Below are positions 39,927 through 48,867 of a stretch of 64,000 bases of DNA, one piece after another. The stretch is from positions 22,346 to 86,345 of the forward strand of contig CACMRK010000004.1 in NCBI GenBank assembly GCA_902616075.1. Direction: 5' to 3'. Within the stretch, counting starts at the first letter, position 1. Each line of letters starts with the position of its first letter. A program made the position numbers and the translations under genes. The notes under the pieces were generated by a model, which saw nothing but the letters and a program-made list of their open reading frames with translations, had not been told where the DNA came from and searched no databases. This DNA comes from an uncultured Alphaproteobacteria bacterium (GTDB lineage: Bacteria > Pseudomonadota > Alphaproteobacteria > HIMB59 > GCA-002718135).

Positions 39927-40934
39927 ATGACAATAATCTCAAAATATGTAGCTTTAAAAAATTATATACCAACTGGCTTACCCAAAGAAGAGGATTTTGA
40001 AATTAAATCTAAAACTTTAGAATTAGATGAAACAAATAATATTCATGTTCTTAATTCATGGATATCTGTTGATCCGTATATGAGAGCAAGAATGACAGAA
40101 CGTAAAAATTATAAACCACCCTTTTTACTAGGCGAGGAAATGGAAGGTTATGCAATTGGGTCAGTACAAAAATCAAAAGATTCACAATTTAAAGAAGGAG
40201 ATGTTGTTTTCAGTAATTTTGGAATGAGAGATAACTTCATTTGCAAAGGCGGTGATTTAAAAAAAATAAAAAATTCCAATCTTCCATTGCAAACTTATCT
40301 AGGACCTTTAGGAATGACAGGTCAAACAGCATATATTGGTCTTTTTAATCATGGAAATATACAAAAGGGACAAAGTATTCTTGTATCTTCAGCAGGTGGA
40401 AGTGTTGGATCAACAGTTTGTCAAATTGCAAAAAATTTAGGATGTAAAGTTTATGCTAGTACAGGATCAGATGAAAAAGTTGATTGGTTAAAAAATGAAT
40501 TAAATGTTGATGTGGCATTTAATTATAAAAAAATTGATAACCTTGTTCTTCACTTAAAAGAAATTTGTCCTGAAGGATTTGACTTATATTTTGATAATGT
40601 TGGGGGTGATTTTTTAGAGTCTGCGATTTTTCGAATGAAAAATTTTGGAAGAATTATTATTTGTGGAAGAATATCTCAGATGAATTCAACTTCTACTCCT
40701 GCTGGACTAAAAAATATGGCTCACGTATTAGTAAAAAGATTAACAATAAAAGGTTTTTTAATTTTTGATCATGAAAATGATAATGAGCCTTTTGAAACTG
40801 ATATGCGAAATTGGATTTCAGAAGGAAAAATAAAATTTAAAGAAACAATTTATGAAAATATAGAAAATGCTCCTAAAGCATTTATAGATTTACTTAATGG
40901 TAAAAATTTAGGCAAAATGTTAGTTAAAATTTAA
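39927..40934 (+). CDS. NADP-dependent oxidoreductase, MDR superfamily (alkenal/enone reductase, PTGR1/YncB/CurA-like)
   Basis: SVDPYMRARM and AGGSVGSTVCQIAK motifs; 335 aa. Begins 2 nt after the dehydrogenase gene. Confidence 0.7.
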   Translation: MTIISKYVALKNYIPTGLPKEEDFEIKSKTLELDETNNIHVLNSWISVDPYMRARMTERKNYKPPFLLGEEMEGYAIGSVQKSKDSQFKEGDVVFSNFGMRDNFICKGGDLKKIKNSNLPLQTYLGPLGMTGQTAYIGLFNHGNIQKGQSILVSSAGGSVGSTVCQIAKNLGCKVYASTGSDEKVDWLKNELNVDVAFNYKKIDNLVLHLKEICPEGFDLYFDNVGGDFLESAIFRMKNFGRIIICGRISQMNSTSTPAGLKNMAHVLVKRLTIKGFLIFDHENDNEPFETDMRNWISEGKIKFKETIYENIENAPKAFIDLLNGKNLGKMLVKI

Positions 40935-42374
40935 CTAAATTGTAACGTAGGGAGACGTCCCTCGATATTTTATATCTAATTTAAGTTCTTTATCAATTGG
41001 AGGAAAAGCTCTTTGCTGACATTCCACTCTAGGGCATATCCTACACGAAACTCCAATTGGCATTTGTAATTTTTTATTATTAAGATCAATTCCTTCAGAA
41101 TAAATTAGATCTTTAGCGTATTTCATATCACAACCTAAACCAATCGAAACAAAACTTTTAGGCATTCCATGTTTTTCAATTCCTTTCTCAAAAGCTCTTG
41201 CTATACAAAAATATACTCGTCCATCAGGCATTTTAGATATTTGAGGATGAATTTTTCCAGGATTTAAAAAAGCAGTATACACATTCCATCTAGGACAAGA
41301 ACCTCCATGTCTTGGTATATGAATACCAGATAAAGAAAATCGCTTTGACACATTTCCAGCAATATCTGTTTTTAAAAAATGAAATGGCACTCCTTCGTTT
41401 CCAGGTCTTTGAAGATTTGTTAATCTATGTGTAACTTGTTCAAAACTACAAGCATAATGATGCATCAAAATTTCTACATCATATTTATGTAATTTAGCAC
41501 TCTTTAAAAAATCGTTATAAGGCATCATAAAAGCAGCAGCATAATAATTTAGTAAAGATAGTTTAAGCAAAGGTTCTACTTCTTCTGATTCGACGTTATT
41601 ATCTTTAATAACTTTATTGATAACATCATTAGCCTCTAAATAAGCAACTTGTGATGCTAAATGAAAGTTTCTTGATGTGTAAGTTAACATTTCAGAAAGA
41701 TAAAAAATCTTGGATTTTTCATCAAATCTTTTAACTATTTTTTCATCTTCGTTTATGGTCACTATTTTAACTTCAATTCCATGTTTTTCTTTAAGATAAA
41801 GTGATAATTTAGATCCAGAACCAATGTTAGGTCCAGTTTCAAGACCTATTTCTTTTCTTAGATTTTCAGAACTTACTTCTAAATCATGAAAATAATTTTT
41901 ATTTTCTTGAAGAATATCTGAAACGATTTCTACAGGTAATCTTGTTGGTTTTTCAATTTGATTTGCATTGACATCCATCGTTTCAAGTCGATTTTGCATA
42001 TCTTCTTTAAAACTTTTAAAAGAATCATTTATTGTCAGTAATGCCTTAGCTATGTTAGGATTTGAACCAATAAAGTCACTTGTGTCATAATTGGTTATCT
42101 TTAAATCATCAAAAATCTCATTGCTTAAAACATCCATTACGTCTGAAAGTAGTCGTTTACTAGATTCTGTTGAGAAGTCTTTAATTGATAAATCTAATTT
42201 ATCAGCTGCTTTAATTAGTAAGGAAAGTGGTATTTTTCTTTTTCCACTTTCAATTAAATTTAAATAACTAGGAGATATACCAATAGTTTTTGATAATTCA
42301 GCTTGTGAAAAACCTTTGCTTATCCTTTGTTTTTTTAACCTTGGGCCAAAATTTATGTCAGATTCAATATTCAT
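40935..42374 (-). CDS. ScfR/RamB/PrpR-family transcriptional regulator (XRE HTH + DUF955-like + DUF2083 Cys-rich domain)
   Basis: N-terminal XRE HTH (FSQAELSKTIGISPSYLNLIESGKR). Central degenerate ImmA/IrrE-like region (NFHLASQVAYLE). C-terminal GGSCPRWNV ... CRICPRVECQQRAFPP cysteine pattern typical of the family. Confidence 0.8.
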   Translation of the reverse strand: MNIESDINFGPRLKKQRISKGFSQAELSKTIGISPSYLNLIESGKRKIPLSLLIKAADKLDLSIKDFSTESSKRLLSDVMDVLSNEIFDDLKITNYDTSDFIGSNPNIAKALLTINDSFKSFKEDMQNRLETMDVNANQIEKPTRLPVEIVSDILQENKNYFHDLEVSSENLRKEIGLETGPNIGSGSKLSLYLKEKHGIEVKIVTINEDEKIVKRFDEKSKIFYLSEMLTYTSRNFHLASQVAYLEANDVINKVIKDNNVESEEVEPLLKLSLLNYYAAAFMMPYNDFLKSAKLHKYDVEILMHHYACSFEQVTHRLTNLQRPGNEGVPFHFLKTDIAGNVSKRFSLSGIHIPRHGGSCPRWNVYTAFLNPGKIHPQISKMPDGRVYFCIARAFEKGIEKHGMPKSFVSIGLGCDMKYAKDLIYSEGIDLNNKKLQMPIGVSCRICPRVECQQRAFPPIDKELKLDIKYRGTSPYVTI

Positions 42375-42390
42375 TTACAAAATTTACAAA
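42374..42390. promoter_or_regulatory. tandem octamer element A: TTTACAAA-a-TTTACAAA (candidate ScfR-type operator)
   Basis: Read directly from the sequence. On the regulator's strand it is TTTGTAAA-t-TTTGTAAA, ending in the A of the regulator ATG. Confidence 0.45.
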
Positions 42391-42464
42391 AATAATAAAT
42401 TCGAAGTAATTTTCTTTACATTAAAACTAAGAAAAACTCTAGTTTTTTTTCATTTTTTTATGTA

Positions 42465-42481
42465 TTTGTAAAATCTGTAAA
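42465..42481. promoter_or_regulatory. tandem octamer element B: TTTGTAAA-a-TCTGTAAA (inverted copy of element A)
   Basis: Read directly from the sequence. It is the reverse complement of element A at 16/17 positions and ends 1 nt before the ATG of the 59-codon ORF. Confidence 0.45.
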
Positions 42482-42482
42482 T

Positions 42483-42662
42483 ATGAACAGTAAATTAACA
42501 GAAAATATTAACAACCAAAAAGACAGCCTAGAGCAGAGTTCTATTGAGAAGAAGGTTCTTGAAGGATCTATAGACTCAAATTATGACCTTAATCTTGCTG
42601 ATGGTATCGAAGCATACTACAGCGAAAGATACGGTTGGACTCTTAGAAGAAAAACGATCTAA
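42483..42662 (+). CDS. unannotated 59-aa hypothetical protein (below the ORF-track size cut-off)
   Basis: My translation is MNSKLTENINNQKDSLEQSSIEKKVLEGSIDSNYDLNLADGIEAYYSERYGWTLRRKTI*. It is the only open frame in the largest gap of the window, has a G+C-enriched 3' half, and is followed by a hairpin + T-run. Confidence 0.4.
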   Translation: MNSKLTENINNQKDSLEQSSIEKKVLEGSIDSNYDLNLADGIEAYYSERYGWTLRRKTI

Positions 42663-42678
42663 TTAAATTAGATTTTTT
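42657..42678. terminator. weak AT-rich bidirectional hairpin terminator between the mini-ORF and the GMC oxidoreductase gene
   Basis: ATCTAAT (42657-42663) pairs with ATTAGAT (42667-42673). A T-run follows at 42673-42678 on the plus strand, and CGTTTT follows on the minus strand. The stem has only one G:C pair, so it is weak. Confidence 0.35.
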
Positions 42679-42682
42679 CTCT

Positions 42683-44284
42683 CTAACTAACGGTACTATT
42701 TATTTGGTCGTAAGCTTTTTCAGCAATCATAATAGTTGTTGCATTTAAATTAGCACTAACAATATCTGGCATTACAGAAGCATCAATAACTCTTAAATTT
42801 TGAATTCCATGAACCCTTAGGTCTTGGTCTACAACTGAAGTTTTGTCCTCACCCATTTTATTAGTGCATGACGGATGATACGCAGATTCAGATGTATTTT
42901 TAATAACTTCATTTAATTCATTTTGATTAGATACATTTTTCCCAGGCCTAATTTCTTTACCGAGATACTCTTTAAGTGGTTTTTGAGACAAAATTTTTCT
43001 AGCAATTCTTACACCTTCTCTCATTTGTTTTAAATCATCCTCATGCTTAAGGTAATTAAATTGAATTTTAGGATCATCTTTATAGTTATTTGTTTTAATT
43101 TTAATAAAACCTCTGCTTTTTGGTCTATTTGGACATACATGAAATTGAAAAGCTTCAAACTTAGGATTTTCTAAACCATGATTAATAACTAAGTACGGAA
43201 AAAAATGAAATTGTAAGTTTGGATGACTATATGATTTGTCAGATTTAACAAACCCTCCTAATTCTAAATGTGAGTTTGCTAATCTACCTTTTTTAAATAA
43301 AAACCATTTTGATCCCTCAATAGCTTGATAAAGATAATTCGTTGCTAGAGTATGTAATGTTTCATTTTTTTTAGATTTATACTGAATGTACATCTCTAAA
43401 TGATCTTGTAAATTTTCTCCCACCCCAACTAAATTATTAATAACTTCTATTCCCAAGCTTTTAAGATACGTTTCATTACCTATTCCGGATAGTTGAAGAA
43501 TTTTAGGTGAATTAATTGAACCAGCACAAAGTATAACTTCTTTATTGGCTAAATAATTATTGGTTATATTTTTTTTAATCGTTTCAACACCAATTGCAGT
43601 TTTATTTTTAAAAAGAATTTTTTTAACATCAATATTATTTATTATTCTTAGATTTTTTCTATTTTGGATTGGCTCTAAATATGCCTTAGCAACACTTTGC
43701 CTAACACCATTGTTTATTGTTACATCAAAAGTTCCAAAACCTTCCTTATCAATACTGTTAGAGTCATTAAATATTTTATATCCAGCTTCTTGTGCAGCTT
43801 CTAAAACTTTTTTAAATAGAGGATATTTTTTATCTATGTTTGATTTATTTACTTTTAATGGCCCCTCTTTACCTCTTACATTACTATCATGAGACCAAGT
43901 TTCTAATTTTTTAAAAAAAGGTAAAACTTTTTCATATGACCAATTAGTTAAACCACTTGAAGACCATCTATCAAAATCCTCTTTATGACCTCTAGCGAAA
44001 ACCATTCCGTTATGCGAAGAGCATCCCCCGATCATTTTACCTCTTGGACAATATAAAGATCTATTATTTAGAAACGGCTCAGGCTCAGTATAATATTTCC
44101 AATTATATTTTGGATCATGCATTGCATATAGAAGTGCACTTGGCATATCAACTTTCCAGGTTTTACTGGATGGGCCAGCTTCTAATAAAATTACAGAATT
44201 CTTTGATTGTGAAGACAATCTGTTAGCTAAAACACAACCTGCTGACCCTGCTCCAACAATGATGTAGTCAGCGTTTTTATCCAC
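42683..44284 (-). CDS. GMC family oxidoreductase (choline dehydrogenase-like), copy 1
   Basis: FAD fold DYIIVGAGSAGCVLANRLS and a GMC C-terminal substrate domain with AYHPSCT and VIDASVMP. Confidence 0.85.
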   Translation of the reverse strand: MDKNADYIIVGAGSAGCVLANRLSSQSKNSVILLEAGPSSKTWKVDMPSALLYAMHDPKYNWKYYTEPEPFLNNRSLYCPRGKMIGGCSSHNGMVFARGHKEDFDRWSSSGLTNWSYEKVLPFFKKLETWSHDSNVRGKEGPLKVNKSNIDKKYPLFKKVLEAAQEAGYKIFNDSNSIDKEGFGTFDVTINNGVRQSVAKAYLEPIQNRKNLRIINNIDVKKILFKNKTAIGVETIKKNITNNYLANKEVILCAGSINSPKILQLSGIGNETYLKSLGIEVINNLVGVGENLQDHLEMYIQYKSKKNETLHTLATNYLYQAIEGSKWFLFKKGRLANSHLELGGFVKSDKSYSHPNLQFHFFPYLVINHGLENPKFEAFQFHVCPNRPKSRGFIKIKTNNYKDDPKIQFNYLKHEDDLKQMREGVRIARKILSQKPLKEYLGKEIRPGKNVSNQNELNEVIKNTSESAYHPSCTNKMGEDKTSVVDQDLRVHGIQNLRVIDASVMPDIVSANLNATTIMIAEKAYDQINSTVS

Positions 44285-45066
44285 TAATTCATTCTTTCAG
44301 TGTTTCCATCAACAGTCATGATTTGACCAGATACATTTTCTGAAGCATCGCTCAATAAAAATAATGCCATTGATGCAATATCTTCTTTTTCTACAAATGT
44401 GTTTAATGAAACCATTGACTCTAATTCTTTTCTTACTTTTTTATTTGAAGAATTTATTAATTTAGCTTTTGCATTTATTACCCTATCCATTCTATCGCCA
44501 TTAACAGAACCAGGACAAATTGCATTCACACGTATTTTAAATTTTCCTAATTCAACTGCTAATGTTTTAGTTAATCCAATTACTGCCCATTTACTTGATG
44601 CATATGGTGAACGTTGAGCAAAACCATATAATCCTGCAGTTGAAGATAAATTAATAATAGATCCTTTTTTAGCATTTTTTAAAAATGGAATAGCAAATTT
44701 TGTGAAATAAAAATGTGAACTTAAATTGGTTTTAATCGTGTTATCCCATTCATCTATTGAAATATTTTGAAGATACTTTGTAGGTCCTGCAATGCCTATA
44801 TTATTTATTAATCCATCTATTTTTTTTAAGTTAGATAGAGACTTAAAATATTCTTTAATGTCTTTTGGATTTGTGCAGTCTAAGTGTTTAGCAAATATTT
44901 TATTACGATATTTTTTGTTTAAATTTATTTTATCAATTTTTGATTTATTTATATCAGATAAATATACTTTTCCACCAGAACTGATTATTTTATTTGCTAT
45001 AGCAAAACCTAAGCCATCTGCACCAGCAGAAATAATATAATTTTTTTTACTAAGGTTAATTTTCAT
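44284..45066 (-). CDS. SDR family oxidoreductase
   Basis: 260 aa with the catalytic YASSKWAV (YxxxK), NNIG and a PG motif. Shares 1 nt with the GMC gene start. Confidence 0.8.
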   Translation of the reverse strand: MKINLSKKNYIISAGADGLGFAIANKIISSGGKVYLSDINKSKIDKINLNKKYRNKIFAKHLDCTNPKDIKEYFKSLSNLKKIDGLINNIGIAGPTKYLQNISIDEWDNTIKTNLSSHFYFTKFAIPFLKNAKKGSIINLSSTAGLYGFAQRSPYASSKWAVIGLTKTLAVELGKFKIRVNAICPGSVNGDRMDRVINAKAKLINSSNKKVRKELESMVSLNTFVEKEDIASMALFLLSDASENVSGQIMTVDGNTERMN

Positions 45067-45333
45067 TTATTGAATATTATCTATCTCTTTTTTAGAAATA
45101 TATCCAATAGTTTTACCTTTATTGTCAGTAACTACTATTGTTAAGTTGTCTTCAAGAATTTTATTTTTAAAATTTTTTAGTTTTATATTTTGGTTTACTT
45201 TGTAAATAGAACCTAATGTTAAATTATCTTTATTAAAACTGTTCTCAATTATCATTATATTTTTTGCTTCTAGATTATCTATTCTATTTTCTTTGCTAGA
45301 AAAAATATTAAGTAAAAATTTAAATATATTCAT
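45067..45333 (-). CDS. 88-aa protein with a single CBS-like motif
   Basis: The C-terminal NLTIVVTDNKGKTIGYISKKEIDNI resembles the beta2-beta3-alpha2 end of a CBS domain. It is packed with 0 nt to the SDR gene and 18 nt to the ABC ATPase gene. Confidence 0.45.
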   Translation of the reverse strand: MNIFKFLLNIFSSKENRIDNLEAKNIMIIENSFNKDNLTLGSIYKVNQNIKLKNFKNKILEDNLTIVVTDNKGKTIGYISKKEIDNIQ

Positions 45334-45351
45334 TATTTAAAATATAGATTA

Positions 45352-46965
45352 CTAGGAAGATCTTTTATTCAGAAGATTGGTTAGCCAATCAGGATCCATT
45401 TCTGGGACTGAAGACAATAAAAGTTCTGTATAATCAGGATATGGCGGATTCAAAATTTTACTTTTCAAACCCTGTTCCACTACCTCACCTTGATACATAA
45501 CAACTATTTCATCTGAGATTGCTTTAACCGTTGCTATATCATGTGTTATAAAAATATAAGTAACACCAAGATCTTTTTGTAATTTTTGGAGTAATTTTAA
45601 TATTCCTTCTTGAACAATTTGATCTAGCGCTGATGTTACTTCATCACAAATAATTAAATCTGGGTTAGCCGCTAAAGCTCTTGCAATGCATATTCTCTGT
45701 TTTTGACCTCCAGATAATTCGGATGGTAATCTATCTAAAAAAGTTTCATCTAGTTCAATCATTTTTAATAATTCAATAACTTTTGCTTCTCTTTCTTTCC
45801 CTTTTATACCTTGATAAAATTCTATTGGCCTTCCTATTATTTCATCAACAGTTTGACGGGGGTTCATTGCAGTATCAGGCATTTGAAAAATTATTTGAAT
45901 TCTTCTTAATTCTTCTTTTGACCTTTGTTCAAGTTTTGGAGACAATTTTTTTCCATCAAAAATTATTTCTCCTTTTAATTGAGGAAGTAAGCCTGTAATT
46001 ACTCTTGCTGTTGTTGATTTTCCTGATCCACTTTCGCCAACTATAGCTACTGTTTTACCTTTAGGAATATCTATAGAAACATTGTGTAAGACCTTAGATG
46101 AGCCATATGCTGCATCAATATTTTTAATGGACAACATATAATCTTCATTTGTTTCTTCAGGCTTGATCAGTGATCTTACTGACCATAGAGATTTAGTGTA
46201 TTCTTCTTTTGGGTTTGATAGCATATCTCTTGTTTCAGCTTCTTCAACTTCTTCACCGTATCGCAAAACTTTTATTCTATCAGCCATTTGAGCAACTACG
46301 GCTAAATCATGAGTAATATAAATTGCTGCTGTATTAAATTTGTCTACTATAGATCTCATAGCAGATAATACTTCTACTTGAGTAGTTACATCTAAGGCAG
46401 TAGTTGGTTCATCAAATATTATTAACTCTGGTCTTGGGGACATAGCCATAGCAGTCATTATTCTTTGAAGTTGGCCTCCTGATACTTGGTGCGGGTATCT
46501 ATCTCCTATATTTTCCGCATCTGGAAGCTGTAGTGATTCATAAAGTTGTACAGCATCTTTTTTTAATACATCCGTGGGATTTATCTTTAATCTATTAGCG
46601 GCACTTATTGTTTGATCCATTAATCTATGAGCAGGATTAAAAGATGCTGCTGCTGATTGAGCAACATAAGATATTTTAGTTCCCCAAATCTTTCTCTTTT
46701 CAAATTCAGTTAGTTTAGCGAGGTCTATGCCGTTAAAATTAATTTCTCCCTTTATAATCTTACAACCAGGTTGGGTATAGCCCATTGCAGCTTTACCCAT
46801 AGTAGATTTTCCGGCACCACTCTCTCCTATTAATCCTAGTATTTCTCCTCTGTGTAAAGTCAAATCTACACCTTTTAAAATTTTATGCCATCTCTCATCT
46901 GAAAATCCATCAATATGGATATTTTTCATTTCAAGTAGGAGTTCTTTTGATTTATTTGACGTCAT
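45352..46965 (-). CDS. ABC transporter ATP-binding protein, fused double ATPase (DppD-DppF/GsiA-like)
   Basis: Two Walker A sites (GESGAGKST, GESGSGKST), two signatures (VSGGQLQR, LSGGQKQR) and two Walker B sites. Confidence 0.9.
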   Translation of the reverse strand: MTSNKSKELLLEMKNIHIDGFSDERWHKILKGVDLTLHRGEILGLIGESGAGKSTMGKAAMGYTQPGCKIIKGEINFNGIDLAKLTEFEKRKIWGTKISYVAQSAAASFNPAHRLMDQTISAANRLKINPTDVLKKDAVQLYESLQLPDAENIGDRYPHQVSGGQLQRIMTAMAMSPRPELIIFDEPTTALDVTTQVEVLSAMRSIVDKFNTAAIYITHDLAVVAQMADRIKVLRYGEEVEEAETRDMLSNPKEEYTKSLWSVRSLIKPEETNEDYMLSIKNIDAAYGSSKVLHNVSIDIPKGKTVAIVGESGSGKSTTARVITGLLPQLKGEIIFDGKKLSPKLEQRSKEELRRIQIIFQMPDTAMNPRQTVDEIIGRPIEFYQGIKGKEREAKVIELLKMIELDETFLDRLPSELSGGQKQRICIARALAANPDLIICDEVTSALDQIVQEGILKLLQKLQKDLGVTYIFITHDIATVKAISDEIVVMYQGEVVEQGLKSKILNPPYPDYTELLLSSVPEMDPDWLTNLLNKRSS

Positions 46966-47872
46966 CTTTTAATCCGCTAGTAATGTAAAGATACCAATCA
47001 ACAACAAAATTAATTGATACACAAAGCAAAGCAATTGCAGCAGCTGGAATTAATGGTGTTAAACCTGCTGTTATATCATATTGTGCATATTGAATAAGTA
47101 TTGCATTTTCCCTCACCATTGATGCCCAATCTGCTGAAGGGGGTTGAATTCCAATTCCTAAAAAACTTAAACTAGATATTGTAAAAATTATAAATATGAA
47201 CCTTAAACCAAACTCAATAATCAAAGGTGAAGCTATATTAGGAAGTATTTCTCTGAAAATAATATATGATAAATTTTCACCTCTTAGCCTCGCGACCTCA
47301 ACATATTCTAGAACAACTTGACCAACAGCAACTGATCTTGATATTCTAAAAAATCTAGTTGATTCCAAAATTCCTAAAATGACAATTAAATTAAAATTAG
47401 TAGGTCCAAAAACTGATAAAAGTATAAATGTAAAAATCATTACAGGTATAGCCATAAGCGTGTCTACTATTCTACTTAATAGTTGATCTAAATACCTTCT
47501 ATCCAAAGCAGCTATAATTCCAAATACTGTTCCAATTCCTAAAGCAATAAAAGTAGCCAATAAACAAATACCAATTGTATTTCTTGCAGCATAGATAATG
47601 CGAGAAAAAATATCTCTTCCAATTTGATCAGTACCAAATATATGGCCATCACCCCAAGGAGCATAAGCTACTGGGAATATTTCTGCTTCTCCATGTGGAG
47701 CAATTAAGGGAGCAAATATTGCAGCAAAAAAATATATGAATAGTACAATCATACCAAACCAAGCTGAGATTGGAGCTTTTGATAAGGCAATTTTTAATCT
47801 TTCTAATCTAGTTCTTCTTTTGATTAAATTTGCAACTTCACTTTTTGCAGAATAAGATAAATTTTCGCTCAT
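46952..47872 (-). CDS. ABC transporter permease (DppC/OppC-like)
   Basis: Six TM segments. N-terminal extension followed by the GTDQIGRDIFSRIIYAARN motif typical of the DppC family. Confidence 0.85.
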   Translation of the reverse strand: MSENLSYSAKSEVANLIKRRTRLERLKIALSKAPISAWFGMIVLFIYFFAAIFAPLIAPHGEAEIFPVAYAPWGDGHIFGTDQIGRDIFSRIIYAARNTIGICLLATFIALGIGTVFGIIAALDRRYLDQLLSRIVDTLMAIPVMIFTFILLSVFGPTNFNLIVILGILESTRFFRISRSVAVGQVVLEYVEVARLRGENLSYIIFREILPNIASPLIIEFGLRFIFIIFTISSLSFLGIGIQPPSADWASMVRENAILIQYAQYDITAGLTPLIPAAAIALLCVSINFVVDWYLYITSGLKDDVK

Positions 47873-48867
47873 TTTGGGTATAGTAACCTTGGGTTAGAAA
47901 TAATGCCGATCAAGTCAGCAATTAAATTTAATATTACATATGTTGATGCAAAAATTAATGCACAAGCTTGAACAACAGGTAAATCTCGATTATAGACTGA
48001 TCCGACCATCAACCTACCAATACCTTGATAGTTAAAAACATATTCAACAACAACTGAGCCAATCAACATATAAGCTAAGTTTATTGCAATTACTTGAGAA
48101 ATAGGTGCCCAAGCATTTGGAAGTGCATGTTTAACAATTACCTCGTATCTAGAAGCTCCCGATAATTTTGCCATTTCAATATATTCACTTGATAAGATAT
48201 TTATTATCGCTGACCTTGTCATTCTCATCATGTGACCCATAGTAATTAATGTCAAAGTAAAAACTGGAAGAGCAGTCCTGTAAAATCTTTCAGCCAAAGT
48301 TGAAGCTTCATCCACATTAGAAATAGTTGGAAAAACTGGAAACAGTGTCGCTAGTAAAAGAATAAAAATATAGGCTGTAAAAAATTCTGGTGAAGATACG
48401 GTTACTAAGCTAACTCCAGTTGCTGACCTATCATAATAAGAGTTTCTGTATAATGCTGCTGAAATACCTAAGATTAAAGATAGAGGAATAGCCAACATGG
48501 CGGCAACCCCTGTTAAAAATAATGTATTCTTTAATCTGGGTACAATTAAACCAACAACTTCTCTGGACCTATCACCTTGATCCCCTTGAACTTTAGATCT
48601 TCCAGAGAAAGAACTACCAAAATCTCCTTGAAAAACATTTCCTAACCAATCAAAATATCTTGTGACTGGAGGTTTATCTAAACCCAATTCTGCTCTTAGA
48701 GCTTTTACTGCAGATTTTGTTGCACTTTGACCTAATATTTCCGTAGCAAAGTCTCCCGGTAAAAAAGAGAATGTACTAAATATTATTACCGAAAATGCAA
48801 AAACTGTAACGAGACCAAGACTAAGCCTTAACAAAATTGTTCTAAATATTGGATGAATTCTAGTAAT
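47869..48867 (-). CDS. ABC transporter permease (DppB/OppB-like); probable non-canonical ATT start
   Basis: The track ORF starts at TTG 48834, but the frame stays open upstream to 48891. A strong SD, AAGGAGG (48879-48873), lies 5 nt before ATT 48867-48865. A DppB-like N-terminus (…IFRTILLRLSLGLV) would be truncated by the TTG start. Confidence 0.7.
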   Translation of the reverse strand: MTRIHPIFRTILLRLSLGLVTVFAFSVIIFSTFSFLPGDFATEILGQSATKSAVKALRAELGLDKPPVTRYFDWLGNVFQGDFGSSFSGRSKVQGDQGDRSREVVGLIVPRLKNTLFLTGVAAMLAIPLSLILGISAALYRNSYYDRSATGVSLVTVSSPEFFTAYIFILLLATLFPVFPTISNVDEASTLAERFYRTALPVFTLTLITMGHMMRMTRSAIINILSSEYIEMAKLSGASRYEVIVKHALPNAWAPISQVIAINLAYMLIGSVVVEYVFNYQGIGRLMVGSVYNRDLPVVQACALIFASTYVILNLIADLIGIISNPRLLYPK

